From: Rebecca billardiae RCC1528
Lineage: Eukaryota; Protista; Haptophyta
Assembly (NCBI GenBank): GCA_965240325.2
Contig: OZ251233.1
Coordinates: 930,001-994,000, forward strand
Direction of reading: 5' to 3'
DNA length: 64,000 nt
This document shows positions 32,132 to 43,584 of the stretch, piece by piece (the first letter of the stretch is position 1; each line of letters opens with the position of its first letter). Made by a program: the position numbers and the translations under genes. Under the pieces are notes generated by a model, which was given only the letters and a program-made list of their open reading frames with translations, had not been told where the DNA came from and ran no database searches.

Positions 32132-32383
32132 CTGCCCTGCCCGCCGCCGCGCATCGGTGGCGGAGTCCTCGTCTGGCCAAGTCATCAGTTTTATGAGTTC
32201 GTTTGATGAGTACGTGCTGATGCCGTCGTGAGACACCCGCGCCAGACTGAGACAGGCGGTGACACCGTGACACCGGTCGACACGTACACACACATCACGG
32301 CACACTCTTAGACTTAGTCGCGCCAGTCACGGATCGGTGCCGTCCCGCCGCCGCGACTGCCGAAGCTAAGCAGTAATAATATA

Positions 32384-34417
32384 CACAGTGAACAAAAACG
32401 GGATTATCGTTACCGTAACCCGTCCGACACGAGCCGATTTTCGGGGAATTTCTCGCGCGGGCCGCACGAGCGCACAGACGGCGCTACGGTGGTCGCGCAG
32501 GCGCCTGGCGAGTGCCCCGGGCATGGGACTGCAACATCCCACCCAGCCTCCCCATCCCTCCGCCCCTCTCTGCCTCGCCGGGTTGCACGCGGCTGGCCGG
32601 TCACGTAGCTCGTGGTGAGCCATTCGTGAGCGTGGAGCCCTGCTGCTCAGTGCGGCGATGCAGCGAGGCGAAGCGGCGCGTAAGATGGCGCATCTTACTC
32701 CGAATGCAGTCTGCTACCAGCACAGCCGCCCTCGCCGGAGTGCCTGGTCGTCACCTTCGTCGTGTGCACGTGTCGCGCGCTGCCCATCAACGAGCGATCG
32801 TAAGCCTTCTCCGGAGCCATTCAAACACGCTCGTCCTCGACGAGGCGTGCGCGAGGCACCGCGCGAGCGCGGGAGCGGCCCTTCCTAGCGTAGACCTGCA
32901 CGGCCATCCACATCGCCACAGCCTGCCATGTCACACTCCTCCCCACACACACTGCTCGCGTGCCGCGTGCCGGCCGGTCGACTAGCCAGACAGAAGGGTG
33001 CACAGATATTTTCGACTGCGAGGAGACGGCGGCGAGCACAGGCGCGCAGCGCCGTCCCGCGCTTCATTGGGATGTTCTAGACCAGTCGCGCGCCCGCGGC
33101 ACCGCACCCGCCCTCTCCGCGTCGCGTGCCACTCCACACCGCGCGCGTGGCTCTCGACGTGTACGTCGAGGCCATCTTGCGGCCGATTCGTACCCGCATG
33201 TATTCAACAAATACGACAAATCGCCGAGCTGAACGCACCTCGTCGCGCGATGGCATGGTCGCGCTGTTGGACGTCGCTCGCCGCAGGAAAATCGGTACGC
33301 GACGAGAGCACGGCGCACGCGCACGGCGCGGCGTGGGAGGCGGGGCGGTGGTGTCCTCGAGCCATCCCGCCCACGCCGCGGTGCGCCAGCCGCCACCTCG
33401 CCGCGCCGTGGCCCATGCCGCGCGGCAGGTGTCGACCAGACCGACCTTGCCGCCCAAAAGAGGGCCGCACCGGAAATTCTGTATTTGTTGAATACGGACT
33501 TACCCATGTGCCCGCGGTGCGGCGGCGCCTGTGGCGGCGGCGCGGCCCGGCGGCGGCGGCGCGGGCAGCCTGACGGGCCAGATAGGGCGCGCCAGGTCGG
33601 GGCGATCGTGATGGGATGGTTCCATACGCATCAGTGCGTGCTCCTGTGCATCTCAAGAGCGCGCTGGGCGCCCTCTCTCGCGCCTATGCCCATCCCACGC
33701 GGTCTGAGAAGCCTCTGTTTGGACACCGTTGGCTGCGCGCTCGGTCGTGGCTGCCCGGCGGGTCGGAGAGGTCGAGGCGAGCCGGGTCGTTCGCGACGGA
33801 CGATGTCTATGGGTCATGGCGAGTGGCAGCACGCAGCTCGGGCGCGCGCCTGGCGCCTCCTCGCCGCGCTACATCCACACCAAGATCTGGCCCCAAAACA
33901 GGCTTCAAGAGCGAAACTCAGTCTGGGAGCTGCTCAGGCCGCTGTGTGCGGTTTGAATGCGTACAAACGTGTGGAGCGGGTGCCCACATGGGTTGATCAC
34001 AATGCGACGTTGCGCTTTTCCGCGAAACACCACTTCCTCGCCTCTCCGCGCGCGTGCCGCGCGGCCCCCGTGAACTCATCTCAACAGGTCACGTGTGGCC
34101 GCCCGTGGAGCGAGGGTGGGCGAGGAGGGGCGGGGGAGGGTGACGCCGCCCCAGGGAACCGCCTTGGCAAGCCGGCCGACGCCTCGCAGCCCCCCTCGCG
34201 GCAGTCATGCGCGCACGCCCGCCGCTCGGAGCGCGCCATCGATTCGAATGGGCGTGCGCACGACCGACCATGCTCAAACGGCTTCCGGCCCGATCTTTCT
34301 CCACTGTGCGCGGCGCGAAGTGCCGCGAACGGGGCATGAAAAAAATTCCAGCGCATCCCCACTGGGCGGAAGTGCGGACGGGTTACGGTAACGCCGAAAA
34401 TCGATTTCTTTACTGTG
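32384..34417. mobile_element. non-autonomous TIR DNA transposon, CACAG termini and TA TSD (EnSpm/CMC-like?)
   Basis: TA|CACAGT(G/A)AA(C/G)AAA...CGTTACCGTAACCCGTCCG inverted at both ends. No convincing transposase inside. Confidence 0.75.
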
Positions 34418-34483
34418 TATATATATATATTCATCTAGCAGGCGTCCGGACGACACTGTCGCGTCATGCATAGTAGTACATCA

Positions 34484-36104
34484 TCACGCGCGGCCATCAT
34501 GATTGCGGCCGCCCTGCGAAGCCCTGGCACTACCTGCCGTGGGCGGATCCGGAGGGCCAGCTTTCCCGCCCTGCGGCTGCGCTGGCTTTCCCGCCGCGCC
34601 CGCGCTCGCGGGCAACCGCACGGGCGAGCCGTTCATGCCAATGGTCCCATCCAGTTGCGCCTCCCAGTCAGCCGCGACGTACATGCAGAAGTAGATGACG
34701 ATCACGACGAGGCGGAACGAGGTGATGCCGCCGATCGAGTACTGCATGACTGGCGCGAGCGGCCGGTTGTTGTCCAGGTCGGTCGCGGTCTGGAGCAGCT
34801 GGGTTGACACAAAGTAGCTCGTGACGAGGAAGGCCATCTCGATGAAGATGGCAAAGGCGAGGAGCACGCGCGCCTTCTGGTGCCACCGTGCGTGCCGCTC
34901 GTCGTCCTCCGCGCGGAAGAAGCCCAGCGCCTCGACGAGCGTGAGCGCATAGAAGAGGACGATCGTGACGTACACGGTGTAGAAGGCGTCCACCTGGTCC
35001 TCAGTCGCGACGGCGAGCGTGTGCTGGATGCAGCCCTCCAGGTGGGAGCAGGAGATCTTGCCGTGGACCGGGCTCGAGACGGTGGGCGAGGCGCACACCT
35101 CGGCCGCCGAGCGGAAGCCCTCCACGCCCGAGCAGTGCCCGCCCACCAGGTAGCTCGCCTCCTCTGCCGTGAGCGTCTCGGGCACGTAGAACAGCAGCAC
35201 GGTGAAGCCCATGATGCAGCAGAGCACCGTGAAGCAGAACACGTACAGCCGGCGGATGAGGCGGTCGGGGAGGCCGTCGGCCGGCGTGTACCGCGCCTCG
35301 AGCGCCTGCAGGCGCTCGGGCGGCGTGAACGTGTCGCCGCGCACCACAAACACCGCCAGGCCGACCACGGTGAGCGCGCGCACGACCGTCGACTGGATGA
35401 TGGTCGCGTCGATCAGATCTCGGAACGGGTCATTCACGGCGGGGTCGAGCAGGTTGAGGTCGGGCGAGAGGCTGGCGTTCTCGAACTCGGCGTCGAAGCG
35501 CGCCCGCACCTGCAAGATCGAGAACATGAACACCGCCTCCGTCAGCACGGACACGCAGAAGATCACCCGGGCGATCGCCTTGAAGTAGAAGGAGTTGAGA
35601 TAGCCAATCGCCGCGTGGATCGTGTACACATAGAAGAGCATCGTCGCGGCGAATATGTCGACAAAGTCCTGGCGCGCCGCCACGGCCGCGCGCACGCGCG
35701 CGCGTGTCGCGTGTCAAGGCCGCCGCTGCCGCCGCCGCGCGCACCGGCGCGCGCGCCGCCGCGCGCCGAGAGCGCACCCTGAGCTGCTCCTCCGAGCGCT
35801 CCGAGATGAAGACCTTCACGCACTTGCGCGTCTGAGCGCTCAGGCCCACTGTTGTCGTGCGGCCGATGATGTTCTCGCAGTGCGAGCCGATCACGTACGA
35901 GTAGTCCTGCGCCGTGAAGTATTCGGGCGCGTAGAACCATTGCGTCATCACGCCAATGGCGGGCAGCGCGAACGCAAAGGCGAGCACAAACGCCATCTGC
36001 GTGATCGGAGAGCCGGGCTTGAGCACCGTCTCGGCGTCCTCTGCGATCGCAAGGGGGAATTGTTTCCCCCGCTTTCGCACACGCACGTGCCTCCCCACCC
36101 CCAT
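34484..36104 (-). CDS. polytopic membrane protein with internal two-fold repeat; intron 35669-35777
   Basis: Phase-0 GT-AG intron joins SEEQLR|DFVDIF. Multiple TM helices; repeated FYxPExxTAxxxSYxxGxHC block. Confidence 0.75.
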
Positions 36105-36455
36105 TGCGTGTGCAGTCGCCGGCGAGGCGCGCCTGTCTGTTGGTGCCGAGTGCGGCCGCGACGATGGCGATCAGCTTTGCACTTGCCAGTGCGGGCGTCC
36201 CTTGACAAGTAATAGTAATATAGTCGTGAAGCATGATATGCATATTCACGAATCAAATTGCCAATTTGTTTCGTCAATGTTACTTAAGTCTTCTGCACAG
36301 TGCACACATGCTTGATGTATTTTTCTGGGGAGACTTCTATTATTCATTGTACGGTATGATTTTATTTCTTTGGTATGATAAAGCAGATTCCTTCCGCGGC
36401 TGCGAACGCCGAAAGCGACCACGGCCTCATCGTCGGCCGACCACGGCCTCATCGT

Positions 36456-36969
36456 CGGCCGAGCCGGCCGCGCGCGGGCTGCTCGTCGACGACGATCCGG
36501 TCCTGCAGCTCGTGCTGCCACTCCGCGTGCACCGCGCCATCTCGCTCCCATGCGACGTCGCGGCGGACGGCGAGGAGGCGCTCGGGCTCGTGCGTGCGCG
36601 CGCGGCCGCGGGCGAGCGCGCGTATGCCGCCATCGTCCTGGACAACCAGATGCCGGCATGCCGCTGATGACACGGACGGAGGCGGCGCCGCGCTGCGCGG
36701 AGACCTCGGGTACGCCGGCCGCGTGTTCGGGCTCACGGCCGACCCGTCGGGCTGCCCAGACCGCCTCGAGTTCGAGGCGTCCAGACTCGACCGCTGCTTC
36801 TGCAAGGCAGAGGCCGGCATTGTGGAGCTGCTCGGCGCGCTCGGCGCCGCGCTCGCCGATGCCGAGCGCGAGGCCGCGCCGTGCTCCGCGCGCGGCGGCG
36901 CGTGGGCCGAGGCGGCGGCTGACGCCCGTCGTCGGGCCCCCGGGCGAGTCCGCGCCGGCGCCGAAGCGG
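36456..36969 (+). pseudogene. frameshifted duplicate of the receiver-domain region of the histidine kinase (31527-32032)
   Basis: Near-identical nucleotide copy with small indels (for example ATGCCGGCATGCCG) that break the frame. Confidence 0.9.
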
Positions 36970-37508
36970 GGCCCATATCACCTGAGGGCCAAGCCTTCTG
37001 TGTGATATGCTACCCCAGGCATGCCGACGCTTGATACACGCCTTCCCCAACCGACAGTGGGGCTCCATCCACATTCGTCCATACTACATCCTCAATCCTC
37101 ATATTACGGTGACTCATCCTGTCGGCGCGCTGTCGCATGCGCCCAGTTGGAGAGTTCGGACGACGTCGTTTTGTGGACGACGGTGGGGCGAGGACGACGG
37201 GCGCTGGCGCGCCGCGTGAGGCGGCCGCAGCCCTCATCCAGGCCTCGCAGGCGGACGGCTGTATGAATCTTCCGGGCGACGGCGTCATGGGCGGTGATCA
37301 ACAGTTGGCGGGCGTCAAAGGAATAAAGGTTTGCCTTGATGAGCTGATTCGTCTATGATGATTTGAACTGCATGCCCGATTCTTGCCCGATGCGCCATTG
37401 ACAGCGGTCAAGCCGCCGCCGCCGCCATCGCCGCCGCCGTCGCCACCACCGCCATCCCCGCCACCGAGCCCACCACCGCCGTCGTTGCCACGACAGGCTG
37501 CAAGCCGC

Positions 37509-39281
37509 ATGGCGGCGGTGCGTCGCCGGTTCGCTCGCCGTGCGGCGGCGCTGCTCGTGCTGGTGCTGGCGCTGCCCCCGTCGGCCCGTGCGCAGCGCGC
37601 GGCCGTGGCCGAGCTGTTCGACTTCTGCCGCGTCAAGGGCCGCACGCCGCCCACGCTCGCGGCGCTCAACCTCACCATGGGCTCGATGTATGGCACGCCG
37701 GTCTGCGCGGGCGACCCGCGCTTTCTCGCGGCGGAGTACGCGCCGCCGGGCTTCTGCCTGCACCCGGAGCTGCGGCGTGGGCTCATCCTTAGGGTGCCCA
37801 CGCTGCCGAACCTGCGGGGAACCCCGCTCGCCTTCGACCAGTTTGCGAGCGAGCGCGTGCTGCTCGCGCGCTGGCTGCAGGAAGCCGAAATGTGCGATCT
37901 CGGCGTGCCCGGCTCGTGTGCAGCGGAGGTGCTGGTCGTGCCCTCGCCGTACCTGCACTGCGAGGCGGCGCATGACTTCAGCCTCCTCGGCTCGCGCGTG
38001 CCCGGCCAGGGCGCCGATCACGCCGCGTACTGGCGGCACGTGCTCGGCAGCGTGTCGCGGCTGCAGCCGAGCGTGCGGCGCGTGGTTGTGCACCTGCCCT
38101 TCGTCTTCATCTTCGACGACCACGTGCCGCACGAGCTGAGCTCTCTGCCGGCCGAGCTCCGGCGGAAGGTGCTGATCACCTCGATCGGGCCGCAGGTGCC
38201 GCTCAAGAAGGGCCGAAACTGGGTCGGGCGCTGGGCCGCCCCGTACCGCCTCTCGCCGCAGCAGCAGCTGCGCGCGCTGCGCGCGCACCCGCCAGCGGCC
38301 GCTGCGTCGTTCCCTCTGGTGCTGGCGCTGCCGTACCCGACGGGGCTCTTCTCGGCGCCGGTGGACTGGCTCGCGCCCAGCGGCGCGTTCAACGCGTCTG
38401 AGCGACCCATCCTGCTCTCGCTCGACGTGGGGACGAAGCGGAGGCGCCATCTCCAGCGCAAGGACATCGTGTCCGCGATCCAGCGCGCGGGCGGCGTGTG
38501 CGAAGGCGCGCGGTGCCGGCTGTGCCGCCCGGGCCACGAGGAGGCTTGCCTCGCGGTCCGCGGGCTCTGGCCGCTCGTCGTGCGCTCGACCTTCTGCGCC
38601 GAGCCCGCGGGCGACTCGCCCGACCGCTCGCACATCTACATCGCCATCGCCGCCGGCTGCGTCCCCGTCATCTTCGGAGGGTTGAACGACGGCTGGCAGA
38701 CGCGCGCCGCCCACGGTGTGTACGTGCCGCCCACGCGATACGCGTGGCGGCAGGAGGACGAGCGCGCGGCCGCGGAGGACAACGCGCTGGCGCGGGAGCT
38801 CGACGGTGGCAAGGCGCCCCTGTGGGAGGCGTACTCGGACTTCAGCGTTGAAGTCGACCTGGCAGCGACCGGCATGGCCGCCGCCAACGGCAGCTGGGTC
38901 GAGTCGCTCCGCGCGCTGCCGGCGGAGCGCCTGCACGAGCTGCGCGTGGGGCTGAGGCGCGTGGCGCACGCGATGGGCTACCGCACGCGCGCGGACGCGT
39001 GCGCCAGGGCCGCGGACGACTGCGACGGGTTCGCGCGGCTGCGGCGTTTCGTGCACCTGTCCGTCCTGCTCACCAAGCGCCAGGCGTCGAGCGAGGCGAG
39101 TGCCAAGGGCGCCGGTGCCAAGCCCAGCCCAGCGGCCGGCGCCGAGGGCGCGGCGGGCGCGCGGTCCCGCCGGCGAGGCAGCGCGCTTCCGCGGAGCGTG
39201 CTCGACCGGCAGCGGCGTATCCGACGTCCGAAGCTGCACCCTCAGCTGCGACTGCGCGCGCGCCGACGAAGCCGAGAGTAG
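37509..39281 (+). CDS. exostosin-like glycosyltransferase (GT47)
   Basis: N-terminal signal anchor; STFCAEPAGDSPDRSHIYIAIAAGCVPVIF. Confidence 0.85.
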   Translation: MAAVRRRFARRAAALLVLVLALPPSARAQRAAVAELFDFCRVKGRTPPTLAALNLTMGSMYGTPVCAGDPRFLAAEYAPPGFCLHPELRRGLILRVPTLPNLRGTPLAFDQFASERVLLARWLQEAEMCDLGVPGSCAAEVLVVPSPYLHCEAAHDFSLLGSRVPGQGADHAAYWRHVLGSVSRLQPSVRRVVVHLPFVFIFDDHVPHELSSLPAELRRKVLITSIGPQVPLKKGRNWVGRWAAPYRLSPQQQLRALRAHPPAAAASFPLVLALPYPTGLFSAPVDWLAPSGAFNASERPILLSLDVGTKRRRHLQRKDIVSAIQRAGGVCEGARCRLCRPGHEEACLAVRGLWPLVVRSTFCAEPAGDSPDRSHIYIAIAAGCVPVIFGGLNDGWQTRAAHGVYVPPTRYAWRQEDERAAAEDNALARELDGGKAPLWEAYSDFSVEVDLAATGMAAANGSWVESLRALPAERLHELRVGLRRVAHAMGYRTRADACARAADDCDGFARLRRFVHLSVLLTKRQASSEASAKGAGAKPSPAAGAEGAAGARSRRRGSALPRSVLDRQRRIRRPKLHPQLRLRARRRSRE

Positions 39282-39516
39282 CCAACTAGTGTTCATGACC
39301 CTGCTTCTTTGAAGGACACTCACCCGACACCCCAGTGGCCTGATTATTTCGTCATCAGGACATTTTATTGGGGCGACCATTTTCATTTTGCGAGCTTCAT
39401 CGTCTTTTATTTACAGCGCCAATAAAAGAAATACACGGAGCGGTTACGAGCACAGGCGACGCCGCCATAGCTGTCGCAGCGAAATCGCTTCGCGGGGGGC
39501 AGGGGGCTGGCACGCC

Positions 39517-42500
39517 ATGGCCGACGACGCCGCGGCCGAGGGGCCCGCCTCTCCGGTGGCGCCACTCAAGCGCAAGCACTTCGGCACGTCCAAGCGCGCC
39601 GCTCGCCGCGCCGCCGCCGCCGCGGCCAGCCGGGCCGTCGAGCCGGCGGGCGCGGGTGATGACGACGAGGCGGCCGAGCTCGAGCGCCGGTATCGGTACG
39701 TCGTGCACGCGCGCGAGCACACGCTGGTCGTGCCGATGCTCGCGCGCGCGAGCGTGCGCGAGCTGCTCGACGTGGTGAACGAGCGCGTCACGCGGCGCAA
39801 GCTCGCCAAGCACGCCGTCGTCGACCTGCACGTGCGCACGGACGCGGGCGCGGGGCTGCTCGACCCGTCCGACCGTCTCGAGTCTGTGATCACGGAGCGG
39901 GACGAGCTGGTCGCCGTGTTCGAGGACTCGCACCCGGTGAGCGTGGCGGGCGTGGTGCCGCGCGCGAGCGAGGTGCTCGCGCAGCAGGAGGAGCTGCACA
40001 ACCCGCGCCGCGAGCCCAACCCGTCGCAGCACAGCGCTTCCTACACGAGTGCGCACAGCAACGGCGGCGCGACTGCTGCGACGCGCCCGCCCGGCTCGGC
40101 GGGCGCGGCGGCGGGTGCGCATCCGGACGGGTGGGATGCGCCCGTGGTGCGGCTGACGGCCGTGAAGCGCGCGGAGCAGCCCGACCCGGCGTCGTTCAAC
40201 AGCAGCCTCACCCCGCCGTCGATGCGCAGCAAGCCCGCCTCCGCGACGGCCAAGGGCGGCAGCGGTCGCCGGTCACTCTCAGGCCCCGTTCCGGATGATT
40301 CGTCCGGGAGCGGCTCGCCGTCGGTCGCGCTCAACACGGCGGGGAAGCAGCGCAAGTACCTGGAGGGCGTGCTCGCCGAGCTCAACCGCTCCGACCTCAG
40401 CGGCGTCCCCGAGTACAAGCGCCGGCTCCTCGACGAGCTGATGGCGCGCTCGATGCACGACACGGCCGCGGAGCGGCCGCTGTTGAAGCCGAGTCTGAAG
40501 AGGCGGTCGCTCCGGGCGATGCTGGACGCCGGCTCGCGGGAGTCGGTCACGCCGCCGCCGGCGGCGGCGGCGTCGACACTGCCGGCCATCGGCCGCGCAG
40601 GCTCCGCCACCAGCACCGCCGCCACGCCCGCCGCCCTCGCGACCGAGCGCACTGAGCCGCCGGTGCCGCGGCGCGCGCGCTCGGCAGAGGAGCGCGCGCT
40701 GGCGCGGCTGCACGGGACGCCAGAGCAGTTCGCCGCGGCCAAGGTGGAGGAGAGGGAGCGGCGGGTGTACTACTACCACAACGCCATCTCGAAGCTCGAG
40801 CTCGACGCGCTCGAGATCGCCGACCGCGAGGAGCAGCTGCGCGCCGAGCTCGACGAGGTGGACGCGGAGGTGAAGGCCACCTGGGGAGAGACGAAGCAGA
40901 CGCCTCTGCAGCTGCTGCAGCGGCGGGAGGCGCACCGCGCGCTCACCTCGACCAAGTGCGCGCGCGGAGGGCGTCGCGCACGCGCGGGGGATGTCTAGTG
41001 GCGTATGTCTAGGGGGGGTGCCAGCTGCCGCTGACACTGCCCGGCCCGCCCGCGCGCCGCACCCACCAGGCTGCGCCAGGCCGAGACGCGCATCTCGGAG
41101 GCGCAGACCACCACGCGCGGCCTCAAAGAGCGAATCAACCACCAGCGCAAGGAATTAAAAATCTTTGTGACCAAACTGAGGCACGTCAAAGAGCGCGACG
41201 CTGAGCTGAGCAAGGACGTGCGCACGCTGACGGCGCTCACGCAGGCGCAGCTCGACGACCGGCAGAAGGTGCGGATGCGCATCGAGCGGCTGCAGCACGA
41301 GCACCGCACCGAGGCCAAGTTCTTCGCCAAGCAGCGCGTGAAGCACGACGCCGAGCTCGTGGCCATCGACGAGCGGATCGCCGCGCGCCGCCAGGCCATC
41401 GAGCAGCTGGACGACACCCTCAAGCTGGCCAACTACGTGCGCACGGCGGACTACGCGAAGACGGTGCGGCGGCGCGAGCTGCGCTCGGGGCGGCAGCGCG
41501 ACCACATCGAGTGGTTCCAGCGCCAGGCCACGCGGATGGAGGAGCTCATCAACGTGCCCTTCAGGCCTGAGGAGCCCGGCGGCGCGGCCGGGACGATCAA
41601 GTACTTTCGGGAGCAGGAGGCGCACGCGGCGTCGCTCTGGTCTAAGATCAACGACCGCGAGCGCGAGGCGGCGGAGCTGGGCGTGGAGATCCGCGCGCTC
41701 GAGGCGGAGGTGGCCGTCCTCAGCCACGCCGGCCAGGGCGAGCCAGCCGAGGGGAACGACGACGGCGTGTTCGACGGCTTCGGCGACGACAGCTCACCCG
41801 TCTTTGCATCGACGGTGCGCCGCGCACGCGCGCGTGTGCGGCTGTGGTGTCGTCCGATGCTCACTCGCGCCGCGCGCGCGCGCGACCCGCGGCAGCGGCG
41901 GGCGCAGCCCGCGCGGTCGGGCGCGGGCGCATGCCTGCTGCGTGCTGCTGCCTCGCGCGCTCACCGCCTGGCGGCGGCCCGCGCGCGACTGACCGTCGCG
42001 CCGCGCGCGTGCGTGCCGCGCGTGCGTGCCGCGCGCGCGCGCAGCAGCAGCACAATGTGCTCGGCGGCGACGCGGACGAGGAGCTGTTCGCGAGCCTGCA
42101 GCACGTGCTGCCCGTGGTCGAGCGGATGTTCGAGCTGCTCGGCTGCGACGTCGCCAGCCTGAGCGCGCCGGCGCAGGACGGCGTCGCCCCGCCGACCGTG
42201 TGCGAATACATCGACGCAATCGGCAAGCGCTTGCGCGAGCTGCAGCTGCGCGTGCGGCAGATGAAGGGCGTCAAGCTCGCGGCGGCGCGCGAGCGCTTCG
42301 GCCTCGCGCCGGACATATCGGCCGCCGAGATACTCAGCCCGCGCGCGCACGACGAGTTCGTCGCTGCGACCAACTTTGGGCGCGAGCACCGCGCCGTGCT
42401 CGACGCGCTCAACGCGCGCTTCGACGTCATCGACCTGCCGTACGACATGGAGGAGGAGTTCCAGCATCTCGCCATCGAGCAGTCGCGCCGCGAGCTCCAA

Positions 42501-42548
42501 GAGAAGCTCGACAAGCGCGCCGACGGCCACGACCCCGGCCTGGACTGA
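39517..42548 (+). CDS. long coiled-coil protein (outer dynein arm docking complex-like) with N-terminal beta-grasp-like domain; introns 40956-41069 and 41815-42044
   Basis: Both GT-AG introns join the three ORF pieces in phase; extended heptad region. The ODA-DC similarity is tentative. Confidence 0.6.
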
Positions 42549-42647
42549 CGATTGTCACTTGCCTTCGATGATCTCGCGCGAGAGCCTACGTAGCGTGTCC
42601 TGAGCCCGTCATCGTGATTGCGTCCTTGCGTGCGATGCAAAAAAAAA

Positions 42648-43528
42648 CACCGCCTTCTAATGGCCCTGTAACGGCCGGCGGGTCGCTCTGCGACACCGCC
42701 AACAGAAAGGACAGTGGAAACCCGGGGACTTTGTCCCCGCGCCCCTATCGCGGGCTCTGGCGCGCGAACGCTTTGTCACTACTGGCTCCCCGAGGTGGAG
42801 AGCGGCGCTCCGTGCACCAACAAAGACATCCCCAGCCGCATGTTGCCACTCGACACCTCGTCTCGCCTCGCGCGGAGCCAACTTGTGGTGTGCGGGAGCC
42901 ACCCGTAGCACACTGGGCCGTGTAGCGACGCGTGTGGCGGGTCAACAGTGCGTCGTGAAGGCGTCGCACGCGCAATCCGTTGAGTACATACTCATGTCTG
43001 TCCCATGGCACGTCATGCACCGCCTGTCGACACCTCGTCTCGCTTCGCGCGGAGCCAACTTGTGGTGTGCGGGAGCTACCCGAAGCACAGGCTGTGCTGC
43101 ACGCGGCGCGTCGCGAGTCGGGAGTGCATCGGCGCACACGGCGGCGCACGACGTGCCATGGGACAGACATGAGTATGTACTCAACGGATTGCGCGTGCGA
43201 CGCCTTCGCGATGCACTGTTGACCCGCCACGCGCGTCGCTACACGGCCCAGTGTGCTACGGGTGGCTCCCGCACACCACAAGTTGGCTCCGCGCGAGGCG
43301 AGACGAGGTGTCGAGTGGCAACATGCGGCTGGGGATGTCTTTGTTGGTGCACGGAGCGCCGCTCTCCACCTCGGGGAGCCAGTAGTGACAAAGCGTTCGC
43401 GCGCCAGAGCCCGCGATAGGGGCGCGGGGACAAAGTCCCCGGGTTTCCACTGTCCTTTCCGCCGCATCCCTCGCCTACTGTAGCGAGGGGTGCTCGACCG
43501 TTCGTTACGGGAGATTAGATGCACCTGG
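42648..43528. mobile_element. foldback element with 310-bp inverted arms (42705-43014 / 43150-43459), flanked by A9 and A10
   Basis: Arms are identical at 307 of 310 positions by manual comparison; 135-bp spacer; A-runs at 42639-42647 and 43529-43538. Confidence 0.8.
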
Positions 43529-43584
43529 AAAAAAAAAAGGGCCTCCAACGGCTGCTTTGCTAAATCCGGCGCTGGCTGCGCACG

